Shown here one piece after another: positions 28,139 to 36,883 of a stretch of 64,000 nucleotides of DNA. Within the stretch, counting starts at the first letter, position 1, and each line of letters starts with the position of its first letter. Source of the stretch: Paracoccaceae bacterium (lineage in GTDB: Bacteria; Pseudomonadota; Alphaproteobacteria; Rhodobacterales; Rhodobacteraceae); the NCBI GenBank assembly GCA_020447005.1, contig JAGRDO010000060.1:3228-67227 (forward strand), in the 5' to 3' direction. Both the position numbers and the translations under genes were made by a program. Below the pieces are notes generated by a model that saw only the letters and a program-made list of their open reading frames with translations, had not been told where the DNA came from and ran no database searches.

Positions 28139-29149
28139 ATGAACAGTCGCGGCGGCTTCGTACCTTCGCAGTCCGCGCATGCCTATGACGCGCAGGCATT
28201 ACGGGTTGCCATCGGGGCAAACCTGCACGATCCGATCGCCGAGTCCAGCTTGTGCGAACTGGGCGACGTGTACCGTCTTGATGCCGATGCGCGGATGTAC
28301 AAGCTGACGCTTTTGCCCGAGGTTTCGGATGGCGGATTCCAACGCGTTGCCGAGGGGTCAGAGATCGGGGAACCCGGCGATTCCATCGAGCTGCAGTCGG
28401 TATTGACCCTGATAGCGCCCGACGGCGAGACCGTCGAAGTCCTTTATGTGCGTCACGGGGCGGCGGGGCGCGGATTTGCGATACCGCTCTCGCCCATGGC
28501 GCCGCGAACGGACTATGCCTTGATAAATGCCAGTGACGATATCGGCGATGTTCATATCACCGACATCGTCTGCGTTTCCTTTGCGGCCGGCACGATGATT
28601 ACCCTGCCCAGCGGCCTGCAACGGCCGATCGACAAGCTGAAGACAGGGGAAAAGGTCCTGACCCGCGATCACGGCGGGCAGGAGATCCGTTGGATCGGCA
28701 AGGCGACAATGCGGGCGCGCGGTGCCTTTGCGCCTGTGGTTATCAGCGCCGGCACGCTTGGCAATCTCGGTGATCTTGCCGTCAGCCCGCATCATCGGGT
28801 CTTTGTCTATCAGCAAGGCGACGATCGGCTTGGCGACACGGCCGCGCTGTTCATTCAGGCCAAACATCTAATCGATGGCAATCGGGTGACCCGGCGCGAA
28901 GGCGGTTTCGTCGATTACTACTTTCTCATCTTCGACCGGCACGAAGTGATCTATGCCGAGGGCATCCCGTCAGAGAGCCTGATGATCAACGACGCAACGA
29001 TCAGCAATCTGCCGCCCGAGATCGCGCGGGCGGTCGATGCTCATCTTCCCGGTCTGCGCCACGCGCCGCATTTTGGAACCGAAATCGGCGCCGAACTGCT
29101 GGACGAAAAGGCCCGGCGCCGGCTGTTCCGGCGAAGCGACAGCTTCTGA
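28139..29149 (+). CDS. Hint (Hedgehog/intein-like) domain protein
   Basis: The C-terminal half carries Hint blocks: VCVSFAAGTMITLPSG (nucleophile Cys), GEKVLTRDHG, VSPHHRVFV (a TxxH-like block), and HEVIYAEGIPSES. About 150 aa at the N-terminus has unknown function. No signal peptide is seen. Confidence 0.7.
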   Translation: MNSRGGFVPSQSAHAYDAQALRVAIGANLHDPIAESSLCELGDVYRLDADARMYKLTLLPEVSDGGFQRVAEGSEIGEPGDSIELQSVLTLIAPDGETVEVLYVRHGAAGRGFAIPLSPMAPRTDYALINASDDIGDVHITDIVCVSFAAGTMITLPSGLQRPIDKLKTGEKVLTRDHGGQEIRWIGKATMRARGAFAPVVISAGTLGNLGDLAVSPHHRVFVYQQGDDRLGDTAALFIQAKHLIDGNRVTRREGGFVDYYFLIFDRHEVIYAEGIPSESLMINDATISNLPPEIARAVDAHLPGLRHAPHFGTEIGAELLDEKARRRLFRRSDSF

Positions 29150-29230
29150 GAACGCCCCGGACGCTACGTTACACTTTGCGAATCTCCATTCGTGACGGCA
29201 AATATCCAGCGAACAAGGGAGGTTTCGTTC

Positions 29231-29614
29231 ATGAACAAACTGGTTGCGGCACTTGCATTTTCGGTCATCGCCGGCACGTCCAATGCCGACCCGCTTGAGG
29301 GGATCTGGCAGACCGAAGCCGATGATGGCGCTTACGCGCATGTCACCATCGCACCTTGCGGCGATGCCTTTTGCGGCGTCCTGTCGCGTACCTTCAATGC
29401 TGACGGCGAATACAAGTCGCCCAATCTGGGCCGGCAAATCGTAATCGACATGGTGCCGAACGGACCGGGCAACTACAAGGGCAAGGTCTGGCGCCCGTCG
29501 AACGACAAGATCTATATCGGCAAGATCGAACTTGACGGCGACAAAATGAAACTTGCCGGCTGCATCGCAGGCGGACTGCTTTGCAAGAAGCAAAGCTGGC
29601 AGCGCCTGAAGTAA
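29231..29614 (+). CDS. DUF2147-like secreted protein
   Basis: Signal peptide MNKLVAALAFSVIAGTSNA, then DPLEGIWQTE...V.I.PCGDAFCGVL...GKVW.P...K.Y.GKIEL.GDKMKL.GC, which resembles DUF2147. Confidence 0.55.
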   Translation: MNKLVAALAFSVIAGTSNADPLEGIWQTEADDGAYAHVTIAPCGDAFCGVLSRTFNADGEYKSPNLGRQIVIDMVPNGPGNYKGKVWRPSNDKIYIGKIELDGDKMKLAGCIAGGLLCKKQSWQRLK

Positions 29615-29615
29615 G

Positions 29616-30527
29616 CTAGCCGAAAACAGACCATCCGGTTGACTTGGCGAGGCGTTCGACCGCCTCGGTCCCGAGCTTGGAGTTGCCCTGGCTGTTAAGC
29701 CCGGGCGACCAGACCGCTATCGACGCGCGGCCGGGCGCGATGACAAGGATACCGCCGCCCACGCCGGATTTTCCGGGAAGGCCCACGCGATATGCAAAAT
29801 CGCCCGAGCCGTCATAATGGCCACAGGTCAGCATAAGGGCGTTGATCCGCCGCACCCGGCTGGGAGACACGAGCCCTGCCATCCCCGGCATCCCGGCAAG
29901 GAACCGTCCCGATCGTGCAAGCTGCTCGCAGGTCATTTCGATTGCGCATTGGTGAAAATAGGCGCCAAGGGTCATTTCGGGCGGGTTGGTAAGGTTGCCA
30001 AAGGCCCGCATATAGTGGGCAAGCGCAAAGTTGCGGTGCCCGGTTTCGGTTTCTGACCGCGCAACGTCTTGATTGATGTGAATATCGTCGTCCCCGGCGG
30101 CGGTGCGGACGAAGCGCAGCAATTCGCCCAGATATTCACGCGGCGCATAGCCCGCCAGCACGGCGTCGGTCACCACGATGGCACCGGCGTTGATGAACGG
30201 ATTTCTCGGAATGCCCCGGTCGTGTTCAAGCTGGAGAATTGAATTGAATGCCAGACCTGACGGCTCGCGCCCGACGCGCTGCCACAGCCGGTCACCAAGC
30301 CGGCCCAGCGCGAGGGCGAGTGCGAAGACCTTGGACACGCTCTGAATAGAAAACGGCAGTCTGGCGTCCCCGACCGAATGCTGACGGCCGTCGGCCATAA
30401 CGATAGACATGCCGAATCGGTCCGGGTCGATCGAGGCCAGTTCGGGGATATAGTCGGCGACACGACCGCGGTCCGGGCTGTTCTTCGCCGCAACCTCGAT
30501 CGCTTGCAATATCGCCGCGACGTCCAT
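29616..30527 (-). CDS. glsA: Glutaminase A
   Basis: Motifs [43 protein letters not shown]. The start overlaps the hisH stop (TGATG). Confidence 0.9.
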   Translation of the reverse strand: MDVAAILQAIEVAAKNSPDRGRVADYIPELASIDPDRFGMSIVMADGRQHSVGDARLPFSIQSVSKVFALALALGRLGDRLWQRVGREPSGLAFNSILQLEHDRGIPRNPFINAGAIVVTDAVLAGYAPREYLGELLRFVRTAAGDDDIHINQDVARSETETGHRNFALAHYMRAFGNLTNPPEMTLGAYFHQCAIEMTCEQLARSGRFLAGMPGMAGLVSPSRVRRINALMLTCGHYDGSGDFAYRVGLPGKSGVGGGILVIAPGRASIAVWSPGLNSQGNSKLGTEAVERLAKSTGWSVFG

Positions 30528-31165
30528 CAGGGACGCCAGCGCAAAAAGTTCTCGATCAGGCGCAGCCCGGTCGACTGGCTTTTTTCCGGGTGAAACTGTG
30601 TTCCCACGATGTTGTCACGCCCGACGATTGCCGTGATCGGGCCGCCATAGTCGCTATGCGCCAGAAGATGCGAGGGATCCTTGGGGTGAAAATGGAAGGA
30701 ATGAACAAAATACGCGTGCCGCCCGCTTTCGATCCCCTCCAGGATCGGGTGAGGCCGGTCAAGCAAAAGCTCGTTCCAGCCCATATGCGGGATTTTCAAA
30801 TCGGCCGCGGACGGAACAATTCGCACAACGTCGCCGGGGATCCAGCCAAAACCATGGGTCTGGCCATTCTCATGGCCGCGACTGGCCAGCATCTGCATTC
30901 CGATGCAAATGCCGAGAAAGGGTCGGCGGCGGGCGATGACGGCATCTTCAATCGCCGCGAACAATCCGTCGACCCGGTCCAGGGCCGTCCGGCATGACGG
31001 GAAAGCCCCGTCGCCCGGCAAGACGATGCGGTCGGCGCCGGCAACCTGATCGGGGTCGGAGGTGACAAGCACCCTGCCCTGCCCGGTTTCCGAGGCGATG
31101 CGCTGGAACGCCTTTTCTGCTGAGTGAAGATTCCCTGAATCGTAGTCGACAAGAACGGTCAGCAT
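30527..31165 (-). CDS. hisH: Imidazole glycerol phosphate synthase, glutamine amidotransferase subunit HisH
   Basis: Motifs [24 protein letters not shown] (catalytic Cys), GTQFHPEKS. Confidence 0.9.
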   Translation of the reverse strand: MLTVLVDYDSGNLHSAEKAFQRIASETGQGRVLVTSDPDQVAGADRIVLPGDGAFPSCRTALDRVDGLFAAIEDAVIARRRPFLGICIGMQMLASRGHENGQTHGFGWIPGDVVRIVPSAADLKIPHMGWNELLLDRPHPILEGIESGRHAYFVHSFHFHPKDPSHLLAHSDYGGPITAIVGRDNIVGTQFHPEKSQSTGLRLIENFLRWRP

Positions 31166-31168
31166 CTC

Positions 31169-31756
31169 TCAGAGTGCGCCTTTGGTCGATGGCAGTTCAC
31201 CGGCTGCGCGCGGGTCCGTCTCGACGGCCATTCGCAGCGCGCGCGCCACGGATTTGAACGCCGCCTCGGCGATGTGATGGCTGTTGATGCCATGCACAAG
31301 ATCGACATGCAGCGTGATCCCGCCATGGGTTGCGACTGCCTGAAAGAACTCGCGCACAAGCTCGGTATCGAAGGTTCCGATTTTCGCGGTCGGAAAGGCG
31401 ACATTCCAGACCAGATAGGGCCGTCCGGAAAGATCAAGCGCCGTTGCCACCTGCGCGTCATCCATGGCGAGGGCAAAATGGCCATACCGGCGAATGCCCT
31501 TCTTGTCACCCAAGGCCCGCGCAAGGGCCTGCCCAATGACAATGCCCGCGTCTTCGACCGTGTGGTGATCGTCGATATGAAGATCGCCTGTGGCTGCAAC
31601 TTCGATGTCGATCAAGGAATGGCGCGCCAACTGGTCGAGCATGTGATCAAAGAACCCGACACCGGTTGCGTTGGAATACCGGCCGGTTCCATCCAGAGAC
31701 AGCGCCACAGATATTTCGGTTTCAGCGGTCTTTCTGACGATCTTTGCACTACGCAT
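31169..31756 (-). CDS. hisB: Imidazoleglycerol-phosphate dehydratase HisB
   Basis: Motifs [47 protein letters not shown]. Confidence 0.9.
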   Translation of the reverse strand: MRSAKIVRKTAETEISVALSLDGTGRYSNATGVGFFDHMLDQLARHSLIDIEVAATGDLHIDDHHTVEDAGIVIGQALARALGDKKGIRRYGHFALAMDDAQVATALDLSGRPYLVWNVAFPTAKIGTFDTELVREFFQAVATHGGITLHVDLVHGINSHHIAEAAFKSVARALRMAVETDPRAAGELPSTKGAL

Positions 31757-31980
31757 GGCATTCTCCCGCCGTTCGGCGCCCCGCTTATAGGGTTAATGGC
31801 CGCATGAGGAAAGCCCTGAGACGTCACCGGCCGCCCCCAGCAAAGCCTGTGATCCGAGTGGGTTAGAAAAAACTTTCTCAATCGCGATTGATGGTTAATA
31901 CTTTTCCGATGGGGGAACTGTTTCCGAGTTCGAATCGTCCGGCACTGCCGGGCCGCGTCCTGCCGCGAGAGCGACGCAGG

Positions 31981-32613
31981 ATGTATGTGTTCCACCGTGC
32001 CGTTGCCCTGATCGGCTTGTGGCTTGCCGTGAGTGTCTTGCCTGCGACACCCGTGCATGCCGGTTCATCCGGAAACGCCAACGCCACAGAAAGTTCGGCT
32101 TTTCTTCCAGTCGGCAAGGCAACCGTTCCCCCGCCGGGATTTGACGGGGTATGCGACCGTTACGCCTGGGCCTGCGGGCGCAAGGCGGGCGTATTGGCAG
32201 TGGGCATCGACATGCTTGCCCTTGCCGCCCGGATCAATCGCGCGGTCAACGAGACCGTTCATCAACTCAGCGATTATGCGCAATACGGGCGCAACGAATA
32301 CTGGGAACTTCCGACGCAGCGCGGGGGCGATTGCGAAGATCTTGCCCTTTTGAAGAAGTTCAGGTTGATCAGCGCGGGGGTTCCGGCAGATCGGTTGCTG
32401 ATGGCAACGGTTCTGGACCGGCAGCAGCGGCCCCATGCCGTGCTGGTTGTCCGCAGCCAAGACGGCGACTTCGTGCTGGACAGTGCCGGCGACCGCATTC
32501 TCAACTGGCGCGACACCGGATATTCCTTTTTGCGGATGCAAAGACCCGATGCGCCCAGTCGTTGGAACGCGGTCCTTGCCGGCGGTCTTTTCCCGATCGA
32601 TCCCTCGCTTTGA
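31981..32613 (+). CDS. Bacterial transglutaminase-like cysteine proteinase (BTLCP family), secreted
   Basis: Signal peptide MYVFHRAVALIGLWLAVSVLPATPVHA. Catalytic-type blocks are YWELPTQRGGDCEDLALLK (Cys), RPHAVLVV (His) and DFVLDS (Asp). The start at ATG 31981 is uncertain (the track ORF starts at 31888). Confidence 0.7.
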   Translation: MYVFHRAVALIGLWLAVSVLPATPVHAGSSGNANATESSAFLPVGKATVPPPGFDGVCDRYAWACGRKAGVLAVGIDMLALAARINRAVNETVHQLSDYAQYGRNEYWELPTQRGGDCEDLALLKKFRLISAGVPADRLLMATVLDRQQRPHAVLVVRSQDGDFVLDSAGDRILNWRDTGYSFLRMQRPDAPSRWNAVLAGGLFPIDPSL

Positions 32614-32670
32614 CTTACGGCATCGCACCTAAATCCGAAGCTGACCTGACAGCCAAGCCCGCAGAGTGAC

Positions 32671-32693
32671 AGGCTGGGCGATACGCCCAGCCT
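32671..32693. terminator. Hairpin between the convergent BTLCP and Gly-rich protein genes
   Basis: AGGCTGGGCG-ATA-CGCCCAGCCT, a 10-bp perfect stem. There is no strong T-tract on either side. Confidence 0.4.
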
Positions 32694-32719
32694 AAAAGTA
32701 TCCGCGTTTGTGCGATGCC

Positions 32720-33508
32720 TCAGTCTTCTGCAGACCCTTGGCCTTCGCTCTCGGACTCATGGTTTTCCTTGCCACGATCCGAACGCCCGGGACCGTCTTC
32801 GCGCTTGCCGGGGCCGTTTTCACGTTTTCCGGGCCCGTCTTCGCGCTTTCCGGGCCCGTCCTTGTGCTTGCCGGGGCCGTCTCCATCATGGTCATGATGG
32901 CCGTCGCCATCGCCATCGCCGCCACCCGAGCCGCCACCATCGCCACCGCCCGAGCCGCCACCATCGCCACCGCCCGAGCCGCCACCATCGCCACCGCCCG
33001 AGCCGCCACCATCGCCGCCACCCGTGCCACCGCCATCGCCGCCACCCGAGCCGCCGCCATCGCCGCCACCCGAGCCGCCGCCATCGCCACCGCCCGAACC
33101 GCCGCCGTCGCCACCGCCCGAACCGCCGCCGTCGCCGTCGCCGCCAGAGCCACCGCCGCCGCCACCCGAGCCGCCGCCAGAGCCACCGCCGCCACCGCTG
33201 CCGCCGTCCCCGTTTCCTTCGCCGTCGCCGTCAGGCACAATGGTCCCGGTCGCCGCATCTGTGAGCAGCGCGGCGACCGCCGGGCAATGTTCAAGCGTGT
33301 ATTCCAGGATCAGGGGAAAATTGGCGCTGCGGCGAATTTTCCGCAAAGCAAAATCCGACATCTGATCGTTCTGGCATGTGCATGCACCGCGCTCGTCGGC
33401 ATTCAGCTTGTCGCAGATGTCATTTGCCGCGGCCGGGCCGGACCATGCCAGCCCCGCGACCGCGCTCATCACACCGAATGTGAGCAGTTTCGGCTTCAAC
33501 AAAATCAT
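32720..33508 (-). CDS. Secreted Gly/Asp/Ser-rich tandem-repeat protein (unknown family)
   Basis: AAAGG lies 7 nt before the ATG at 33508. Signal peptide MILLKPKLLTFGVMSAVAGLAWSGPAAA. A 60-aa four-Cys domain is followed by about 110 aa of (GGGSGGGD)n, then HHDHD, four to five GPGKRED repeats, and an acidic tail. This frame is chosen over the other five open frames because only it has a signal peptide and a non-repetitive N-domain. Confidence 0.6.
   Translation of the reverse strand: MILLKPKLLTFGVMSAVAGLAWSGPAAANDICDKLNADERGACTCQNDQMSDFALRKIRRSANFPLILEYTLEHCPAVAALLTDAATGTIVPDGDGEGNGDGGSGGGGGSGGGSGGGGGGSGGDGDGGGSGGGDGGGSGGGDGGGSGGGDGGGSGGGDGGGTGGGDGGGSGGGDGGGSGGGDGGGSGGGDGGGSGGGDGDGDGHHDHDGDGPGKHKDGPGKREDGPGKRENGPGKREDGPGRSDRGKENHESESEGQGSAED
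32786..32881 (-). repeat. 21-bp coding tandem repeat, about 4.5 units (GPGK[HR][KE][DN])
   Basis: GPGKHKD GPGKRED GPGKREN GPGKRED GPGRSD, read directly from the translation and the DNA. Confidence 0.8.
32915..33133 (-). repeat. 24-bp coding tandem repeat, about 9 units (GGGSGGGD), within a wider G/D/S tract 32882..33235
   Basis: The plus strand shows ccgagccgccaccatcgccaccgc-type units repeated head to tail with a few substitutions (one S-to-T unit). Confidence 0.85.
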
Positions 33509-33694
33509 AACGTTACCTTTCACTCCAGCTTGCCCCACCCGGTGCAGGTGCCAGAAGCTGACCTTGCTGCCCGGAGATGGATGCACGTTACCGCCCGCAC
33601 CCGGTCCGCGACAAATTCGTGACCGAATTGTGTCAAAAAAAGATTAAATACGGCGGAAATGTGGCCGATGTCGCCGGCGCCGCTCGAAAGATCT

Positions 33695-34444
33695 CTATCG
33701 CAGGCTTTGCAACAGGATCGGCGCGCCCGGTTTGGCATCTGGCGCCACGCCTGCGAGCGTCATCATGTGCCAAGCGAGCGCAAGATTCGACGAAATTACC
33801 GGACGGGCGATTCTGGCTTCTGCCTGCGCGGCGATATTCGCCACGCGCAGGTTGGTGCAGGACACGAAAACCGCATCGCAATCCGAACCGGCCGCGACGG
33901 CTTCGATCGCATGAAGGATGCTTTCCGGCGAAATCCGCGCCACGACCCGGTCATCACTCTCCATGAAGCTGCCGAAGCCGGCAATCTCGAAGCCGCTGCG
34001 TTCAAGCAGATCGCGCATCGCGGCGGAAACGGTCTCCACATAGGGTGTAACGAAGCCGATCCGCCTTGCTTCCAGTTTCCGGCAGGCGGCTATCGTTGCG
34101 CTGACGGGATCGCTTGTCTGTGCCTCGGGATGAACGTCGCGGATGATTGCGGCAACCCGATCCGGCCCGATCATCGTCGCGCCCGAAGTGCAGCCATACC
34201 CGATCACGTCAAGCTTGCACGACGGCAAAAGCGAAACGGCCGCCGGCAGTGCCGCCTCCATCGATGCGAGCGTTTCGGGGGAAACCTCGGGCGGCATATC
34301 GATGCGGCTGTGATACATTGCGACACCATCACGAGGCAAAAGCCCGCGCATCTCGTTCTCAAGCGTTTCGTCTGCAGGCAAAACGACAAGCCCGAGCGCG
34401 GCCGCCGCACCCATGCCGTCATCGATCTGGAAGGGCAGTTTCAA
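33695..34444 (-). CDS. Asp/Glu/hydantoin-racemase superfamily protein (maleate isomerase / arylmalonate decarboxylase-like)
   Basis: Two Cys-containing blocks typical of the family, IGYGCTSGA and VFVSCTNLR. 249 aa. Confidence 0.65.
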   Translation of the reverse strand: MKLPFQIDDGMGAAAALGLVVLPADETLENEMRGLLPRDGVAMYHSRIDMPPEVSPETLASMEAALPAAVSLLPSCKLDVIGYGCTSGATMIGPDRVAAIIRDVHPEAQTSDPVSATIAACRKLEARRIGFVTPYVETVSAAMRDLLERSGFEIAGFGSFMESDDRVVARISPESILHAIEAVAAGSDCDAVFVSCTNLRVANIAAQAEARIARPVISSNLALAWHMMTLAGVAPDAKPGAPILLQSLR

Positions 34445-34495
34445 TTCACGTCTCCGCGCGTGAGCTTTGTGCCGATCCCGACCTGAAAAGCGCGG

Positions 34496-35269
34496 TCATA
34501 TCCAATCGAGATTGACCTTTGTAATCGGAAAGCGCCCGGCGATCGCGTGACGAAGCGCGCGAAACCGTGGCCGCAATTCGTGAAACTTCTTTTCATGCGT
34601 TTCAGCGACAGTCAGCCCGATATTCTCGAACAGGTCCTGCTCGAGCATCGCTTCCAAAAGATCAAGCTCGGCACCTTCGATATCCATCTTCAGAAACGCT
34701 ATACGACCGTGATCCTTCACCACGGTACGGATGAAATCCGGCAGGTCGACAAGGGTGACGTCTATGCCGCTGCCATCCGCCTCATCGATATTCCGTCCAC
34801 CCGCGATCACGGTGCTTTTCACCGATCCGCCTTTGGGATTGTCGTCGAAGTTCGCGGCGCGCATCAGCCGGACCGAACCGGAAGCGGTTCCGACGGCGGC
34901 ATTGTGCAAGGTGACATTCGGCAGATCGGCACAGCGTTCGCTGATCTTGCCAAATGCGTAAGGATCGGGTTCGAACGCGTGGACAAATGCCCCGGTTTCG
35001 GCCAGCGGGAAGGTAACGTCGCCGACATTGGCGCCGCAGTCGAGAACCACGTCACCCGGCCGCAGCATGGACAAAATCCCCTGCATCAGCCCTTTGGCAT
35101 GAGCATGGCGCAGATTACGCTTTTGCCTGCGCTTTTCCTTTTCCTTCTCAAGCTCTTCGGCGCTTTTTTCGACCTTGTTGTTGCGTTCGACCATAGGAAC
35201 CCCGTCTGTCGACAGCCCTAGCCGCAGCTGCATTTGCCATCCGTTCAACAATGCCGCCGTGTCCGGCAA
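34496..35269 (-). CDS. FkbM-family methyltransferase (island gene 1)
   Basis: VVLDCGANVGDVTFPLAE.GAFVHAFEPDP..F, then a C-terminal FLKMDIEGAELDLL. These are FkbM hallmarks. The true start may be ATG 35233 or 35194. Confidence 0.75.
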   Translation of the reverse strand: MPDTAALLNGWQMQLRLGLSTDGVPMVERNNKVEKSAEELEKEKEKRRQKRNLRHAHAKGLMQGILSMLRPGDVVLDCGANVGDVTFPLAETGAFVHAFEPDPYAFGKISERCADLPNVTLHNAAVGTASGSVRLMRAANFDDNPKGGSVKSTVIAGGRNIDEADGSGIDVTLVDLPDFIRTVVKDHGRIAFLKMDIEGAELDLLEAMLEQDLFENIGLTVAETHEKKFHELRPRFRALRHAIAGRFPITKVNLDWI

Positions 35270-35359
35270 GCTACAAGTCTCAATTGCCGGGCCCTTCGCA
35301 CGGTTGACAGGGGACTCGCCCCGACTGCTATAGCTTGGTTAACGCATTCTTACCCGCGG

Positions 35360-36883
35360 GTGACCGTAGTGACCGCCAGCCTGCCAAAACGGATGGGCCA
35401 TATCTGGATCGGACCAAAACCTGCGCCGGAATCCTGGATGCGGAGCTGGCCCGAAAAACACCCGGATTGGGACTATCGGATCTACGACAACCAGTTTTTG
35501 CAGGACTACAGGTTCCGTACCCGCAACCTGATCAACGAATACTTCTGGCGCGGCGAATATGCCGGTGTTCAGGACCTCATGCGGTACGAAATTCTGTATG
35601 AATTCGGCGGCTTCATGGCGGATGCCGATTCCATCTGCCTTCACCCCGTCGACGAGCTGCTAACCGGACCGGGCGCCTATACCGTCTATGACGGGCCCAA
35701 TGAGGAAGAGCGCGGCGTGTCGCCGTTTCTGGCCTGCGAGCCCCGCAATCCACTGGTGGGTGAAGTGATCGAGAGGTTAAGTCGGCTGGAACCGTGGGAA
35801 CTGCGAAAACCCTTTCAATCGACTGGAAACCGTTTCCTGATGTCTCTCATCCGGCAATGGGGTGAGGACAGTCTTACGATCTGGCCTTCGCATTATTTCA
35901 TTCCATGGCACCACACCGAGCCGGAGAATGTCTATCGCGGGCCGGACAAGATTTATGCCGAACAGAAATGGGGCACGACCACCTGGAGCTATAACCGCGG
36001 CGAGGATGAGGGCAGTCAGAGGGTTTTGTCGCGCAACGAAGTGTCCGAGCGGGCGGCCACCCTGCGCCGCAGGCTGGCGGAACGGCTGCAACCCGCTCTT
36101 GCCCGGACCGGCCTTGCCGAAGCCGCCCGGCCGTTCGTCGGGGCCGGGGATCTGCCAGAACAGCAACCCGAATTTCGCGACCGCGTTCAGCGTCTGAACA
36201 CGGCACTGATCGCGAAAATGACGCAAGCAGAACTCGATCCGCTGTTCCACGGGCGGCTTTTTTACCGCGACAGGCAGCGCTACCCCTTGACCGAAAGCCC
36301 CTTCATGAGCCGCACTGCGGCCCTGCGCGCCCATCTTGCCACGCGGCTCGCCGGCTTTCGCAACGCCATTCAGATCGGGGTCGATACCGGGCATCTGATC
36401 CTTCTGCACAAGACCGCTCAACCGGATGCGAGTATTCTTGCATTCGACGCCTGCCAACCATCTGGCCGCCATGCGGCGCGCACCGATGTCTATGTCCCCG
36501 CCGCCATGCAGTGGCTAAAGGACGAGTTCCCCGAAAGCCTCACCTTCCTTGGTGGCAGACCCGCGCGCACCATTCCGGGCCATCTGTCCCGCGTGCCGGA
36601 CTGGAAGGCGGACCTGCTGCATTTCAACGGCATCGATGTAAACTTCCTGAAAAGCTACGGCGCCGCGATCGGCGCCCTTGAGCCTGATGGTGAGATCCTC
36701 ATCCATGACATTGATGCCAACGCGGTTCAGTCGCGGATCGAGGAATTGCAGATGATCGGGGAAGTCGCCGATCCGCTGGAATACGTTGACTTCGGCACGG
36801 GCGGAGGGGCTTGCGCGCGGCTGCAGCGCCGGCCCGAGGGTGAAATGGCGCCAGCGGCATATCAGGCCAAAGTCAGTAATTGA
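35360..36883 (+). CDS. GT32-like glycosyltransferase (DXD sugar-binding region) with a C-terminal methyltransferase-like domain (island gene 2)
   Basis: LPKRMGHIWIGPKP...DWDYRIYDN..., YAGVQDLMRYEILYEFGGFMADADSICL (DXD), as in Gly_transf_sug/OCH1-type enzymes. The C-terminal about 170 aa (IQIGVDTGH...ILIHDID) looks like a class I MTase but is weak. The start (GTG 35360) is uncertain. Confidence 0.6.
   Translation: MTVVTASLPKRMGHIWIGPKPAPESWMRSWPEKHPDWDYRIYDNQFLQDYRFRTRNLINEYFWRGEYAGVQDLMRYEILYEFGGFMADADSICLHPVDELLTGPGAYTVYDGPNEEERGVSPFLACEPRNPLVGEVIERLSRLEPWELRKPFQSTGNRFLMSLIRQWGEDSLTIWPSHYFIPWHHTEPENVYRGPDKIYAEQKWGTTTWSYNRGEDEGSQRVLSRNEVSERAATLRRRLAERLQPALARTGLAEAARPFVGAGDLPEQQPEFRDRVQRLNTALIAKMTQAELDPLFHGRLFYRDRQRYPLTESPFMSRTAALRAHLATRLAGFRNAIQIGVDTGHLILLHKTAQPDASILAFDACQPSGRHAARTDVYVPAAMQWLKDEFPESLTFLGGRPARTIPGHLSRVPDWKADLLHFNGIDVNFLKSYGAAIGALEPDGEILIHDIDANAVQSRIEELQMIGEVADPLEYVDFGTGGGACARLQRRPEGEMAPAAYQAKVSN

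Noticed and set aside
32915-33133. The regular 24-bp repeats were considered as a possible CRISPR array.
   Set aside because: The units are contiguous with no spacers. They are in frame, they encode GGGSGGGD, and they sit inside a CDS. No cas genes are in the window.
32692-33622. Five alternative ORFs across the tandem-repeat tract, with poly-Ala/Arg/Val, HRH-rich and PPPSPPPE translations.
   Set aside because: The repeat is stop-free in all six frames. Only the minus frame starting at 33508 has an SD, a signal peptide and a non-repetitive N-terminal domain. The frame still needs experimental confirmation.
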